Assembly (NCBI GenBank): GCA_964016885.1
Contig: OZ024743.1
Location: 103,664,001-103,728,000 of the forward strand
Length of the DNA stretch: 64,000 nucleotides
Source of the DNA: Eledone cirrhosa
Taxonomy: Eukaryota
Direction of reading: 5' to 3'
The notes beneath the pieces are model-generated. The model saw only the letters and a program-made list of their open reading frames with translations, was not told where the DNA came from and did no database searches. Position numbers and translations under genes: made by a program. Positions 12,711 through 26,087 of the stretch are shown here, piece by piece (position 1 is the stretch's first letter; each line of letters begins with the position of its first letter).

Positions 12711-13790
12711 TATCTGAAAGGTTCGTAGACTGACCAAGATACTCTCATGAAATGTGACCAAGTGAGGTTTATTTTTCAACATAGTCCCCCTTGCGATCCA
12801 CACATTTCTTCCAAACACTGCAACATCGGTGTTGCAATACTTGGATCCCATTGGTGAAGAGCCTTTCATTCTGTCGGTCAAAACAGCCATAAATAGCGGA
12901 TATGACGTCATCACTGCGATACTGGTTCCCAACCAAGTGTTTTTCCATGTTGGGGAGCAAATGATAGTCAGATGAGGCCAAATCAGGAGAATAGGGAGGG
13001 TGATCAACCAGTTCAAAACCTCAGTCACGCACAACAGCCATTGAAACCAAGGGCTTGTGTGCTGGAGTATTGTCCTTTTGAAACAAGACCCTTTCGGTCA
13101 GTTTTCTTGGGCGTTTGGTCTTGATAGCCTTTCATTAAGGCCTCAGCAAGTGAGATTAGAACTCTCCATTGAGGGTGTGGCTCTCGTGTAATAGTCAATA
13201 AACACAATGCCTTTTGCATCCAAAAACTGAGGCCATCATCTTCCCTGTAGATAAACCACTTTGGCCTTCTTTGGAGCAGGTGAGGGGAGGTGTATTTACT
13301 GCGTGGATTGTCTCTTTGTCTCTGGCTCAAAGGGAGGAACCCAACACTCATCCAAAGTTAGGAAACGTTCAAGAAACAAGCTGGATATGCCTCAAACAAT
13401 GTCAGATTTCCCCATGATGTGATCAGAATATTCTCAACTTTCTCACGGGATATGTAATATCAATGGATATTTGATTTATAGTCATAGTCAATTGCATGTC
13501 ATCCATCACTCTGTGGTGATCATAATCAATGTTTTAATCAGTGGTGACAGTGCATGATGTGCAGACGTTGGATCAACTTCAAACCTCTCCCTCCTAATTT
13601 CAGCTGCCGACCTTCGCACTGTTGATAACTCTGGAGCGTCATCCCTTAATGTAGTAACCATGTCCTTGGGAACTAAACCCTTTTTCTGCAGGTACTTCAT
13701 AACACCCTGATACCAAATGTTGTGCATTTTCGAGAGACATTGCTACTAGTTACTTTTGAACTCTTTTTTGAACAGTCAGATATCGCCTAA
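12711..13790 (-). mobile_element. mariner transposon, decayed
   Basis: Fragments PPYSPDLASSDYHLLPNM, EPETKRQS and the N-terminal region; similar to the 21043-22073 copy. Confidence 0.85.
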
Positions 13791-13929
13791 ATGAAATCTT
13801 TCTGATTTTTTTACCCCAACTTTTCAGTCGTAATTTATCTTTTTATCATTTTTACGATAGAGGAAAACAACGTGTACGAATTCTGAAGAAACACATCAAA
13901 ACAACCTGAGTTACTGCCCGTTTTTTTAA

Positions 13930-14022
13930 TGTGGGCACGAATGTAAATTAGCGCTTGCGGCCTACCTGATGATGAGCCATATCTTATGCGGCCCGCTTCT
14001 CGAAAAAGGTTGCCCAAGCCTG
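13930..14022. mobile_element. hAT/Charlie-type element terminus
   Basis: TGCGGCCC subterminal motif, TIR-like GGTTGCCCAAGCCTG, then the 8-mer GTGTAGAG (nnnTAnnn). Confidence 0.6.
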
Positions 14023-14833
14023 GTGTAGAGTCTGCCGTTCCCTTTCACTTCCCCTTATTTTGATTATTTTTTTTTATTTCTCATTGCAATGATTACATAA
14101 TTTAACTGAAATTTTCTTATTAAAAATGTGTACATTGTATAGATTAATCTTTGTTATCATATGACAGTGAAAATAATATCATCGTTTGAAATGTATAATC
14201 AGTGGGTCAATTACTGTCTCCCTCAAGCAAACCGGATCAAATAACTTGCAATACCAACTGTATTAGAAATTTCTCACTTAAATTGTATACTGCAACAGGG
14301 AATATCATCGGCAAGGAAAAATATTTGGTTTTAAACAAGTTCATATACTGAACTTGGTAATTGAAATACTATGAATGCCTTTATCACAGGCTTCTTTCCT
14401 TTCCTTTCTTTTTTTTCTTTCTTTTTTATGCGAAGTTCATTGACATGCAAATAATATACAAATATGTCACACTGACCTGCAAAGAAAGGTCGTCGAAATA
14501 TAATATCACGCTTATCAGGCCACGTACGTAAGAGAATAAATGATAGAGTAAATATCTCGACTGAAGTGGAAGTCAAACAAGTACTGACGACTAACTCTTA
14601 AACCCATAGAAAGAGAGAAAAACGGCAGACGCCAAAAACATGTACTAGTAAAGGATTTTTTCATATACATATTTTGATGAAATTGATGTGAAATATATTT
14701 CATGTAATTTTTCGTTTCAACATTATTCAGCATTAAGACTTCCGGAACGAATTTTGTAGTCATACACACGTGCGCGCTAGTGCGCTCTTATATAAATATA
14801 TATGTGCGTGTAAGCGTGTATGTATATATATAT

Positions 14834-14866
<33 letters not shown>

Positions 14867-15106
14867 CACACACACATATATATATTTCTGCTCTGCTTAT
14901 ACACATAGAGCTTAACTAGCTACCGTCGCATATTTGGTAGGTCAGGCGTGATCATCGCGATTCACATACGACCTACCATACATCTTGCTTATATATATAT
15001 ATATATATATGGAAAGTTATATTTAAATTGTTGGGTTACAACTAGTAAATATTTATAACTGATATAAAAGCACTCAACAAGTATTTGGAGTATATTTACG
15101 ATATTA

Positions 15107-15150
<44 letters not shown>

Positions 15151-15337
15151 ATATTTGGGGAGGGTCATAATGTTATAATATTGTCAGAAATAATAATAAA
15201 ACAATTTCACTGTTTGGTTTGGAATGGTTTCCACTTTTGTATCTTTGATATCTCCATAGTTAATTTATTTGGCAATCAATGTTTATCATTGATTGACCAA
15301 CGGTTAGAAATACAGATATAAATATATATATATAGTC

Positions 15338-15381
15338 TATCAAAGTTCTTTCGTCACACATCTGTGACATCATCAGTGGTA
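15338..15381 (-). ncRNA. Minimal hammerhead motif (family B)
   Basis: tacca CTGATGA t gtcaca gatg tgtgac GAA AG aa CT T tgata; a decayed copy with a similar flank is at 5757-5795 (+). Confidence 0.55.
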
Positions 15382-15466
15382 CTATTATGTTTCCTCCCTT
15401 TGTAAATGTCTACACCATTTTATTTTATTTTTTTTATTTATTCTTGTCTCTGCCTCTGTATGTGTA

Positions 15467-15515
<49 letters not shown>

Positions 15516-15572
15516 ACAGATATATATTTATATAAATACCTATATTTATATATATATATGAAAAGATTCAGG

Positions 15573-15666
15573 ACCCCGACGGCTGAGCTCCGGCTGTTTC
15601 GACAGCTATCCGAACTGAAGCGCCAGTATTCGATCGGCGGAAATCTAGCTCAACTTATCAAGGGGT
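15573..15666 (-). ncRNA. Hammerhead motif with UUGAUAA (U3-A8) core
   Basis: acccc TTGATAA gttgagcta...tagctgtc GAAAC agccggagctcagcc GTC ggggt. Stem I is perfect; the related 3' half at about 58314-58348 shows a perfect ACGGCT/AGCCGT stem III. Confidence 0.75.
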
Positions 15667-15816
15667 ACAGTCCATATATGGGCAGACAGTCAAAGCAAAA
15701 AAATCTTTAAAGTCCTCTTTGTTTTTTTTTGTTTTGTTTTTTCTCCGGGAGTGGTCAAAGATCTGGTGGAGTGGGGTTACCTTAGCTAAATGTCTTGTAT
15801 TATATTTATTGGATTA

Positions 15817-16197
15817 AGGGCGGTGAATTGGCAGTATCGGTAGAGGGTCGGACGCCATGCTTTCCAGCATAGTTACGTCCCTTTACGATCTGAGTTCAAA
15901 TCCTGCCGAGGTTGACTTTGCCTTTCATCCTTACGGGGTCGATAAAATAAAGTACCAGTAATGCACTGGGTAATTGCTGGCCTTGTGCCTAAAGTAGAAA
16001 CAATTATATTTATTGGATTGGCAGTATCGGTAGAGGGTCAGACGCCATTCATTCCAGCATAGTTACGTCCCTTTACAGTCTGAGTTCAAACCCTGCCGAG
16101 GTTAACTTTGCCTTTCATCCTTACGGGATCGATAAACTAAAGTACCAGTAATGTTCTGGGTAAATGCTGGCCTTGTGCCAAAAGTAGAATCAATTAT
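15817..16197 (+). mobile_element. Tandem pair of young tRNA-SINEs
   Basis: Two head-to-tail copies; the flank ATTATATTTATT(GGATT) recurs before, between and after them, like a target-site duplication. Confidence 0.9.
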
Positions 16198-16840
16198 ATT
16201 TATTACACTCTTGGCAGCAACGGTCTAAACAGGCCAAAAAGCAAGAGTAAATAGATGAGTAGCCTTATTGACCTCAAAGTGCTAAGCCAGTCTCGCACGC
16301 ACGCTATTAAAAGAGAACTTTTCCTTATCAACTATTTCTAATCTGTAAAAATGTTATTGTACTTAACTTCACTAAACTCAAGAGGATAAAAAACCAACGA
16401 AAGAAAATATAATTACGGCGTATTTAAGTCAAAGACAATGGCGTAGGATATTTAAATGTTTATTAATTTGCTTTTTCTTTACAGTTTGCTAAAAAGCTAA
16501 GCATTTATAATTTATTACTATTTCTCCTCCTCATAAAGAAATCTACATATCAGTTGCTCTATGGCCCGGGAAAATCGCCTCATTCATTAATTTACATATC
16601 TTCAAACACCAATAAATCTATCATTAATCTTAAAGATAGTACTAATTATTTCGGTTCTAGTGCTGTTGTAAGTTCGCTAAGTTTCTTTAAGAGTACTTTT
16701 AAGATTTTTTTTGTTTTGACTGTCTGCCCATAGATGGACTGTACCCCTTGATAAGTTCAGCTAGATTCCCGCCCTTCGAATACATGCGGGTGTCTGTGAC
16801 CTATATACACCGGTCACAGACAGACAGACACAGACACACA

Positions 16841-17470
<630 letters not shown>

Positions 17471-17569
17471 TTATATATATCAACTTTTATATATATCAAC
17501 AGGATACAGTAATGCTGTATTCGTTTCTTTGATGTCACCGGTTGTAATTTCATTCAACAACACTACTAG

Positions 17570-17620
<51 letters not shown>

Positions 17621-17940
17621 ATATATATATATATATCGATCTCTCTCTCCCTCTCCCTCTCTCTTAATCTACTCTCTCACAAGCACTATCTCTTTATCTC
17701 TATCCTTCGCTCTCTCTATTTATGCAGGTACCCAGAAAACCCCACATCTCTGGACCCGTGCTCCGATTTACGCGAAACTTGTTTTATTCCATTTGTATTC
17801 CCATTTCAGGGGCAACTTCCTTTCAAAGTATTTTCCCATTATGCGCCCTTTTGGCTGTATTACATTTCAGAAAAGTAAGTAAGCAAGCAATCACTTAGTT
17901 TTAGTAATATATAGATATATGCATATGCACATATATATAG

Positions 17941-19504
17941 CCCCTGATGAGCCCCCTGGTCATGCCGGACGTCTCATCGAGGCGAAGGGGTGTCAACCAC
18001 AGATCTCAATGGGTAAAGAACCGGCAAATACAGGCGGCAAGCGTCGGGCTAGCAACCCAGCACTGCTGTAAAATTTAAAATCGCTAAAGAAACAGTAAGA
18101 AAAGCCAAAAAACCATAAATGACCGGCTCAAAGATGAAGGCGTGGGAAATACTCCAGTCTTGACAACCATCAACCAAAGCCGAAAGGTCGTTGGCGTTCC
18201 GATGAGTCAGATTCTGAGCACCAAAACAAAGACGTGAATTGGAACTTGGAACGTGCGAACGCTGTACCAGGCAGGAAAGCTGGTTCAGCTATTACGCGAG
18301 TTCGACCACTACCATCTGGACATTCTGGGCGGGAGCGAAATGCGCTGGACCGGCAGCGGAGGTACGACTCTGCTCTACTCTGGACACCAAGACAAGAACG
18401 TCCGTGGAATTGGACTAATGTTTAGTGCCTCGAGCAGCTCGAGCTCTAGTCGGATGGGAGCCGGTCAGCGAACGCATCATAACCTCTCGTTTTCAGAATA
18501 GGCATGCGAAAATCACTGTTGTTCGGGTCCAGCTGCTGCTTGCGAACTTAGTCCGGTGTGGCAGAGTTCTTTGACATTGTCTCCGGAATAGGTTAGAGCA
18601 TTCTCTCTCTGCTATTATTCCTGTTAGCAACCGATTTCGTGATAAGGCGAACAGAGGAAGGACCCGGTCGAGGAATCCCATGGAGAGGCCAGTCGAGGCT
18701 GAAGGACCTGGCATTCACCGATGACATCGCTTTGATCAATGAAGACAGTATAGATCTGCAAGCCCTAACAACATCCCTGCAAGAGAGTGTGGAAAAGATC
18801 GTCCTGAGAATCAACACCAAAAAGACCAAGGTTATGAGAACAGCCAACAACACAGGTCCAGCGATCAGAATCAACAAACAAGACCTGGAAGAAGTCAATC
18901 ACTTCACCTATCTGGGCAGCAGCCTGGCAAGAAATGGCGACGAGGAGTTCGACATCAACTTTCGGATCGGCAAAAGAGCCGCAGTTTTCCAGTGGTTGCG
19001 CCCAGTCTGGTCGTCTTCATACATCAGCACCAGGATCGAGCTGCGGCTGTACAAGAGCATCGTGCTGCCGACAGTGCTTTACGTGGGAGAAACCTGGAAG
19101 AGCACGGTAAAGATAGAGAGATGGCTGAACGCTTTCCAGCAGCGATGCCTGCGAATGATACTTCGTGTGTCCTGGCGCGACCGAGTGCCAGGCCACACTG
19201 CGGATAGCCGAGTCGTGGACGCTACAGAGGATGGTCACGGAGCACTGGAGCCGCCTGGCTAGCCATATCCTGCGCCTGCCCGACGAACGACAGTCGAAAT
19301 CAGCGATGAACTGGACTCCACCTGGCAATAAATGGAGGCGGGGTTGCCCCAGGATCACCTGGCGATGAACGTTCCGAAAAAACCTGATGGCAGCCAACAT
19401 CACTTGGCACGGAAGCGAAAAGACCGCCGCTGATCGTGACCGTTAGCGAGTACTTGCTGCTCAATGCTGCTCGGCGCAGTAGAACATAAGACTAAGACTA
19501 AGAC
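17941..19504 (+). mobile_element. RTE-clade LINE, internally deleted
   Basis: APE start IGTWNVRTLYQAGKL...SEMRWTG; late RT LAFTDDIAL...FTYLGS (18639-19262); (TAAGAC)n tail; ACATATA-like target duplication. Confidence 0.9.
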
Positions 19505-19546
19505 ATATACATAAATCTGTTGTATTGTAATTGTACTTAGGATGAA

Positions 19547-19697
19547 ACACTGTGTAAGAAGTAAATCTTGTTTTTAAATGTATTGCCTTTTCCTCCATAT
19601 ATTTTGCTTATATATTTTGCTTATATATATATATAAGCAAAATATATGGAGGAAAAGGCAATACATTTAAAAACAAGATTTACTTCTTACACAGTGT
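19547..19697. repeat. Near-perfect palindrome (arms of about 65 bp)
   Basis: ACACTGTGTAAGAAGTAAATCTTG...CAAGATTTACTTCTTACACAGTGT; the left arm overlaps a hammerhead-like 3' half GAAACACTGTGTA. Confidence 0.9.
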
Positions 19698-19782
19698 ATA
19701 TATTTTATCAAATGATTCTATGGACATACTTTATTGTATATATATATAGATAGATAGATATAGATATAGATATAAATATATA

Positions 19783-19859
19783 CAGCGTGGCCCAAAACAC
19801 ACTAGACCACTTTAAAAAGTAATCTTTTTTACAATTAATTTGACTTTTGGGCCACCCTA
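19783..19859. mobile_element. Tiny Tc1/mariner-type MITE
   Basis: TIR-like CAGCGTGGCCCAAAA / TTTTGGGCCACCCTA within a TA context. Confidence 0.6.
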
Positions 19860-19974
19860 TATATATGGGGGGTGCGTGTGTAAGCAAAAACACCATAGGA
19901 GCGTCGAGTGAGTTGTAATTCTTAGAAAGTGCAGAAAATCTCGAACACAGAAAATAGCTGTAAATACAGTCTTC

Positions 19975-21042
19975 TTTTTCTTCCTCTCTTTCTTCTTCGG
20001 GCACTTATTCTTGGAATGGTCCTGGGTACGGAGTACTCAATCATACCTTCTAGTGGGTCTTGTCAGAAGCACCCGTTTCCAATTGATCCCACTGGATCCC
20101 CAATCGGGACAAACCGAGCTCATTGATGTTATCAAACCATTTTGCTCGTGGTTTCCTGCTGGTTTGTTTTTCCCGCACTATCTGTCTAGCGATATTCTTT
20201 CCGGAGACATTTTAAGAATTTGTCCGGAATATTATAGAAGTAGTGACTATACCTGAAGTGAATCTCTGGTTTCCGAACGTTACTCCAAAGACCCTTCGGA
20301 GGAACCCATTTCGGCCGCTTGTATTCGCGATCGTATCCTTTCGGTCATTACCCAAGATTCATTACCCTGGATAAGGGTTGGTACAAATATAGAATTAAAG
20401 ATTACGAGTTCGGCTTTTACACCTACCTCCTATCTTCTGATGACCGAATATTGAAGCTGGCGCATTACTGCACCAGCTTCTGCAATTCTAATACTTAATT
20501 CAGCCTCCTTCATCACACGTGAACACGGCCTCCAGATATTTGAATTTCTCCATCTGCTTCAGAGGAACTCCACTCACATGTAGAGTGCAATGTGCAGGTT
20601 TCTTTGTGAGGACGAGTCTTTGCATTACTGATTTTTATTTCCATCGTGCAGCACCCAGCATCAAACCTATCAAGTGCAAGGAGATCACCTTCTGACTAGT
20701 TAAGTAATACAATGTCGTCCGAAAATTCCAGCCGATTGATCCTACATCCACCAGTCTCGATATCACTTCTAAACCGACTGCGCATGTCAATGCGGTCCAT
20801 GATTATGAACAGGAGAGGTGACAGTATGCACCCTTGACGGAGTCCGACACCTACATTGAATGGTTTTGACTTAACGCCATTTATCGAAACACAAATACTT
20901 GGGCATTCATATAGAGACATTAAGGCAACAAGAAGCTGACCATTTATCCATATTCCTGCAGAACCTTCCACAGCAGATCCTTTGGAATGCACTCATAAGC
21001 TTTTCGAGGTCTATGAAACAAGCAAATACCTCTTGTTGATGC
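19975..21042 (-). mobile_element. RTE-like LINE RT/3' remnant
   Basis: GLRQGCILSPLLFII...FSDDIVLL RT motifs; (GAA)n-like tail. Confidence 0.8.
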
Positions 21043-22073
21043 TACCTGATTGTCAAGACATTTATCAATAGCAGATATGACATCATAATCACTTCGATAT
21101 TGGTTCCAATCACGTGTTTTTTCATGTTCGGGAACAGATGATAGTCAGATGGGGCCAAATCCGTAGAATAGGGAGGGTGATCAACCAGTTCAAAGCCACA
21201 GTAACGCACAGTATCTATTAAAACCAAGGACTTGTGATTGTACTTTCTTAAATTTTCCTGATAGTTTGGTCTTGATAGCCGTTCCTAACTACCTCAGAAT
21301 ATTGACATAAAACTCTCCATTGAGGGTTGGGACCTTGTGCAGATAGTCAATAAACATAATGCATCACCTTCCCTGAAGCAGGTGAGGAGAGGTTTTTCCA
21401 CTGCATGAATTGCTTCTTTGTCTCTGGCTCAAAAGGATGAACCCAACATTCATTCTGGGTTAAGAAACGTTCAAGGAAACCATCTGGATCTGTCTCAAAT
21501 AATATCAGATTTTCAGTGATCTGATCCGTCCTGTGCGCTTTTGATCGGTTGTCAGAAGACGTAATGCCCACCGAGCAGAAACCTTCTCATGCCAAGTTCT
21601 TTGTGCAGAATATTGTCAACCCTCTCACGGGATATGCCAATAGCATTAGCTATTTGATTTATAGTCGATCGCCTGTCATCGATCACCATGTGGTGAACAC
21701 GATCAATGTTTTTCTCGCTGGTGGCAGTTGCAGGACGTCTAGACCTTGAGTTAACTTCAAGACTCTCCCTTCCCCCTCCTGAATTCAGCAACCCACTTTT
21801 GCACTGTTGATAAATGTTGAGCGTAATCTCCTAATAGCAATGTCCTTTACTGCGTGTATTTGATAACACCACGATGCCAAATTTTGTCCATTTCCAAGAG
21901 AAGTCGTTACTAGTTATTTTGGAAAACTTCTTTGAACAGTCAAATGCCAGTTTACCTGGAATGAACCAATATAGTTATTAATAAGAAGAGTTGAAATTAA
22001 TGCAGCACTAGATTTTACAGCTCTAGCATCACTCCTTCATAGTCAGCCTATGAAGTTTTTAGTCTACGCTCGT
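21043..22073 (-). mobile_element. mariner transposon, decayed
   Basis: HPPYSTDLAPSDYHLFPNMKK, TQNECWVHPFEPETKKQ, SRRPAT...ERVDNILHKELGMR; terminus TACGAGCGTAGACTAAAAACTTC on the minus strand. Confidence 0.9.
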
Positions 22074-23843
22074 ATATACAAGTCGACATATTTAACGCTA
22101 TATAATTCCATGTTAAGGTAATGAAGGCGTTCGGCCTACTGGTTAGGTCGTTTGACTAAAGACCGTAATGTTGTCAGTTCAATTCCTGAACCTGGTGGTG
22201 CGCTGTGTTTTCAGGCAAAGCTCCTCATTTTACGTTGTTCCTATTAACAGACCTAAAAATGAATACCACCACAAGAAGCTGGGTTATCCTTGCGATGGAC
22301 TGGCGTCCAGAAATAATCATGTTTTAAAAAGCTCCACTTTAAAATTTAAAATTGACAGCTTAGAACTATAAAACATGACCTGCTCATAAGTTTCCTTACT
22401 CTTGTCGTAGGGGGAGGGGGTTTCATCCTGAAATATAGGGAACAAGATAACATCACAACGTTTTTTGTTATTATTATATTTTCAACAATAAATATCAAAT
22501 TTACATTATGGCAGCCTTCTAATAAAATATTATTTTCTACATTTTACGCAATGCAAATAATAATATCCGCTAGTCGTGTTAAACTTATCATTTCTCAATA
22601 AAGAGCTGACATTCCACAGGAGTGGTCGTTGTCTTTCAGTATTCTGCAACAGTTAATAATTGTTTCTACATTTGGCAGTTAATAATATGTGTCAATTACA
22701 TATTAAGGTCAATGATCTCTAACGTATATTTCACTTCCTAAAATAAACTTAGCTTTGAACTTTGCTGTATTTACTTTTCATCTCACCGAGTTCGGCGTGC
22801 TTACTATTCGTCTGAGCTTAAAATAATTAATTTCTAACATTGACGCAAGTCCAGCAATTTGGAGGAAATGGGAAAATAAATTATATCTACCCACTACTTC
22901 ACTTCTACTTTATTTTATTGAACCCTAAAGGATGGAAGGCAAAGTGGACTTCGGTGGAATTTGAACTCAGAACGCAGAAAGTCCTAAATAAATACCGCAA
23001 ATCATTTTGTCTGACGCTGTTAACTCTGCTGCCCACCTCATTTTACTAGCGCAAAATAAGTATTACCTATTATATTCTAATATCGAATTAGATATATCGT
23101 ACTCAGAGTCGAATGAAATGCACTCATCCATCAAATTTAGTTGTACTTTCGTCGAATTAAAATCGAAATATTGAGAAAAGGACTACACATATTAGATATA
23201 TATTTTCTACATTCAATTAAACTTTAACATTACATTACTTGTCTAGTATTCTCTATAAAGATATCTCAAAACTAATTTAAAACTTAGTTGTATTTATATA
23301 TCGAATAATAGAAACTTCTGTCAGTGGATTACACAATTTTTCCATTATATCCTCTTTACCCATTATAGTAATAGTCCCTATAATGTATGAACCCATAAAT
23401 CTTGATGGAATCTTTGGTATTTTATACCTTGTGGAGCTAATCCTCGCGCTAGATCTAAACACTACTTACACAGGATTTTCCAAAACGAATTGGTGAACTA
23501 ATGTAGATCATACAACAGATAGTAAGATTAACAATTTGACTCCTATAGTGCAACTACAAATTTAAAAACTGAATTTTCACAGGACGTATTGGTTCTCTGC
23601 TTCAATTAATTCTATATATGTCAAGTGAAGTGAAGCGAGAAGTAAGTTTCAAATCTAATTTAGCTTGAAATATAATAGGAGCAAGTCATTAGAACACTGG
23701 ACAAAATGCTTTACAGTATTCGTTCTGGTTTTCTGTTCAACTTGCCTTTCATCCTTTCAAGGTCGATAAAAAGTACCAGTCCAATACTGGAGTCGATTCT
23801 TCCGCTACATCTCTTTTTCTTTTCCTCTCTCTCTCTCTTTCGT

Positions 23844-23875
<32 letters not shown>

Positions 23876-25529
23876 CTTCTCTGGAAGAAATGGGCTCCAC
23901 CAGGTTTTAAATGCCCACGATGGCACTCCTAGCCATGGTTTCAGACATATATGTATCATGTTAAAAGTTGTTATTGGGACACTGTGATAAATGTATCGTA
24001 ATTCATTTTATAAAAAGTATTGTATATTTGGAGCCTTAACTCCTGATACAGTTGTAGGGGCGCTATAGTGACAAACAGCGTCAATTGGCCATTTTTTAAA
24101 CGTGGCTAAGGCCATTCGATCTCCTAGTCTGAACACAGCTAATTTCTACTGAAAAATGTGAGAGTGTCTTAGAGAAGAAGTTTGAAAGAGATATAGAGGA
24201 AGAATCAACCCCAGTACTAGACTTGTACGTTTCTTTATCGACCTCGAAAGGATGAAAGATGAGGTTGATTTCAGCAGGATTTAAACTCAGTGCACAGAGA
24301 AGCAGAACAGGCGAGCTAATAGCTCAGCTAATGCGCTGGTACTCTATTTAACAACTGCAAAAAACATGGAAGGCAAAGTTGATGAAAGTTGATCAGAGTA
24401 CAGAGAACCAGAGGATTACCACAAAACATTCAATCCGACATTCTGACGGTATTGCCAATTCGCCTCTTCGTTAAAAGTATAGATAGCCTAATTTCATTTT
24501 CCATAAACTGTCACTCACTGTGATTGAGGAAAATGTATGTTTCTAAGTCCAATCGCAACGAAGGTTCAATTCCTGACTGAAACTACTGAACTTCACTGAA
24601 CAGTCTAGAGACTGGTGGATCAAGTTAGAATGATTTGTCTTTGATACAATGTACAAAGACACAGTTTTACTGTATTAGTTATAGAACTGTAAAACTTTAT
24701 CTGTCGAAGTTTGGACCAGATGAGAAGATAGAGGGCTAATATAGCAATACTTTTGTGGAGGCGCGTAGCTTGGTGGTTCGGGTCACAATCGTAAGGTGAT
24801 GAGTTCGATCTCTGCTCGCACCAGGCCGAACATTTTGTTCTTAAGCAAAACGCTTTATTTCACGTTGCTCCAGTGGTTTAAGAGCATATCTCTTTCTACT
24901 GTATTAACAATATCGACAGCTCTAATGACAGAAAAAGTTATCTGTTGCTGAGACTGCCTCTTATTTCTCCATACCAGGTTGAGACTGAGCCAACCTTGTG
25001 TGTACTCATTTGACGACAAATCCACTATTCATTTACTTTCGAGTACATTAGCAGCTTTTGTAAGACTTTTGATATCATTAACAACATTATTATTGGAAAA
25101 CGTTTTCAATATTTTCCCCTTCAGAATTAAGGTGTCCACTTAATGAGCCACTAAGTATGGGGAATATTCGTTCGACTAATTTAAAAAAGAAATCCTTTAG
25201 GTCTTTTCATACGAAGAATTAGTTCGCCCTGCTCCGTTAAATGACGTAATTAGCTCCCTTTTATTATCTCTGCATAAAAATAGCTAAACTTCTAGTGAAA
25301 GTTTCCAAATGTTACCGTTATGCCTTTCTATTTTTTAATGACAATATTTGCTCGTAATTTTTTCGAAATATTTATATTTGCGTTCATGGATTGGTAAATA
25401 TCAGTTTCAGAAGACCTTTTCATAAGGGTGAAAGCAGGAATTGTTTGCTTAAACATTCAATATGTGCCAATTATAAATATCGAAACCTTTCGTATGAGTT
25501 TTTAGTAGTTAGGGGATAAAAATATAATC

Positions 25530-25950
25530 ATTAGTTCTGCGGTGGTAAACCCCTCATCTGGAATGCTACATGCAGCGACACATTCTCCAGCGGCAACCTG
25601 GTGCAGTCTGCGAGTAACCCAGGCTCTGCTGCACTTCAAGCCGAGGAGGGTAAACTTTCCATATATCGGTCGCTCTCCGACAGGTTTGCGGTCGAAGCCC
25701 GTAGCAGTAAAAACTTCTGATGTCCTTCGCCCTAAGACCACAATCGGCACAAAGTTGGCTACCTGCATGTGTGAGCCTCGCAAGTTGGCTCTTCCAGCGC
25801 GTCTCCCTCACCTTCCTCTGGTGAAACACCTTCTATATTCGCTCCTCCGGGGCCGCGGGTGGGCCTCCATTTGCTAACAATATTGAGGGAGGGGAGTGGG
25901 AGAGACGGAGGCTGTGACAGTGGGAGTTTGGTTCCATTGTGTTCGAAACC
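25530..25950 (-). mobile_element. Probable RLE-type LINE (NeSL/Hero-like) 3' fragment
   Basis: GC-rich island; frameshifted EERI.KVFHQRK...PIVVLG.R resembles the REL C-terminus; weak match. Confidence 0.35.
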
Positions 25951-25951
25951 T

Positions 25952-25995
<44 letters not shown>

Positions 25996-26087
25996 CACCA
26001 CATTAACTGTATATAAGATACTCTTAATTTTCAATTATATATAGTCTACTATTAACTGGCCGTAACGTTATAAAGAGTTTCAGTAAT

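Noticed and set aside
15817-15910. tRNA gene
   Set aside because: A and B boxes are present but there is no cloverleaf, and it continues into a multi-copy SINE body.
17941-17995. CTGATGA-gcc...ggc-GAAG at the RTE 5' end as a hammerhead
   Set aside because: Reads GAAG instead of GAAA, and no stem III, NUH or stem I register was found; may be another 5' UTR structure.
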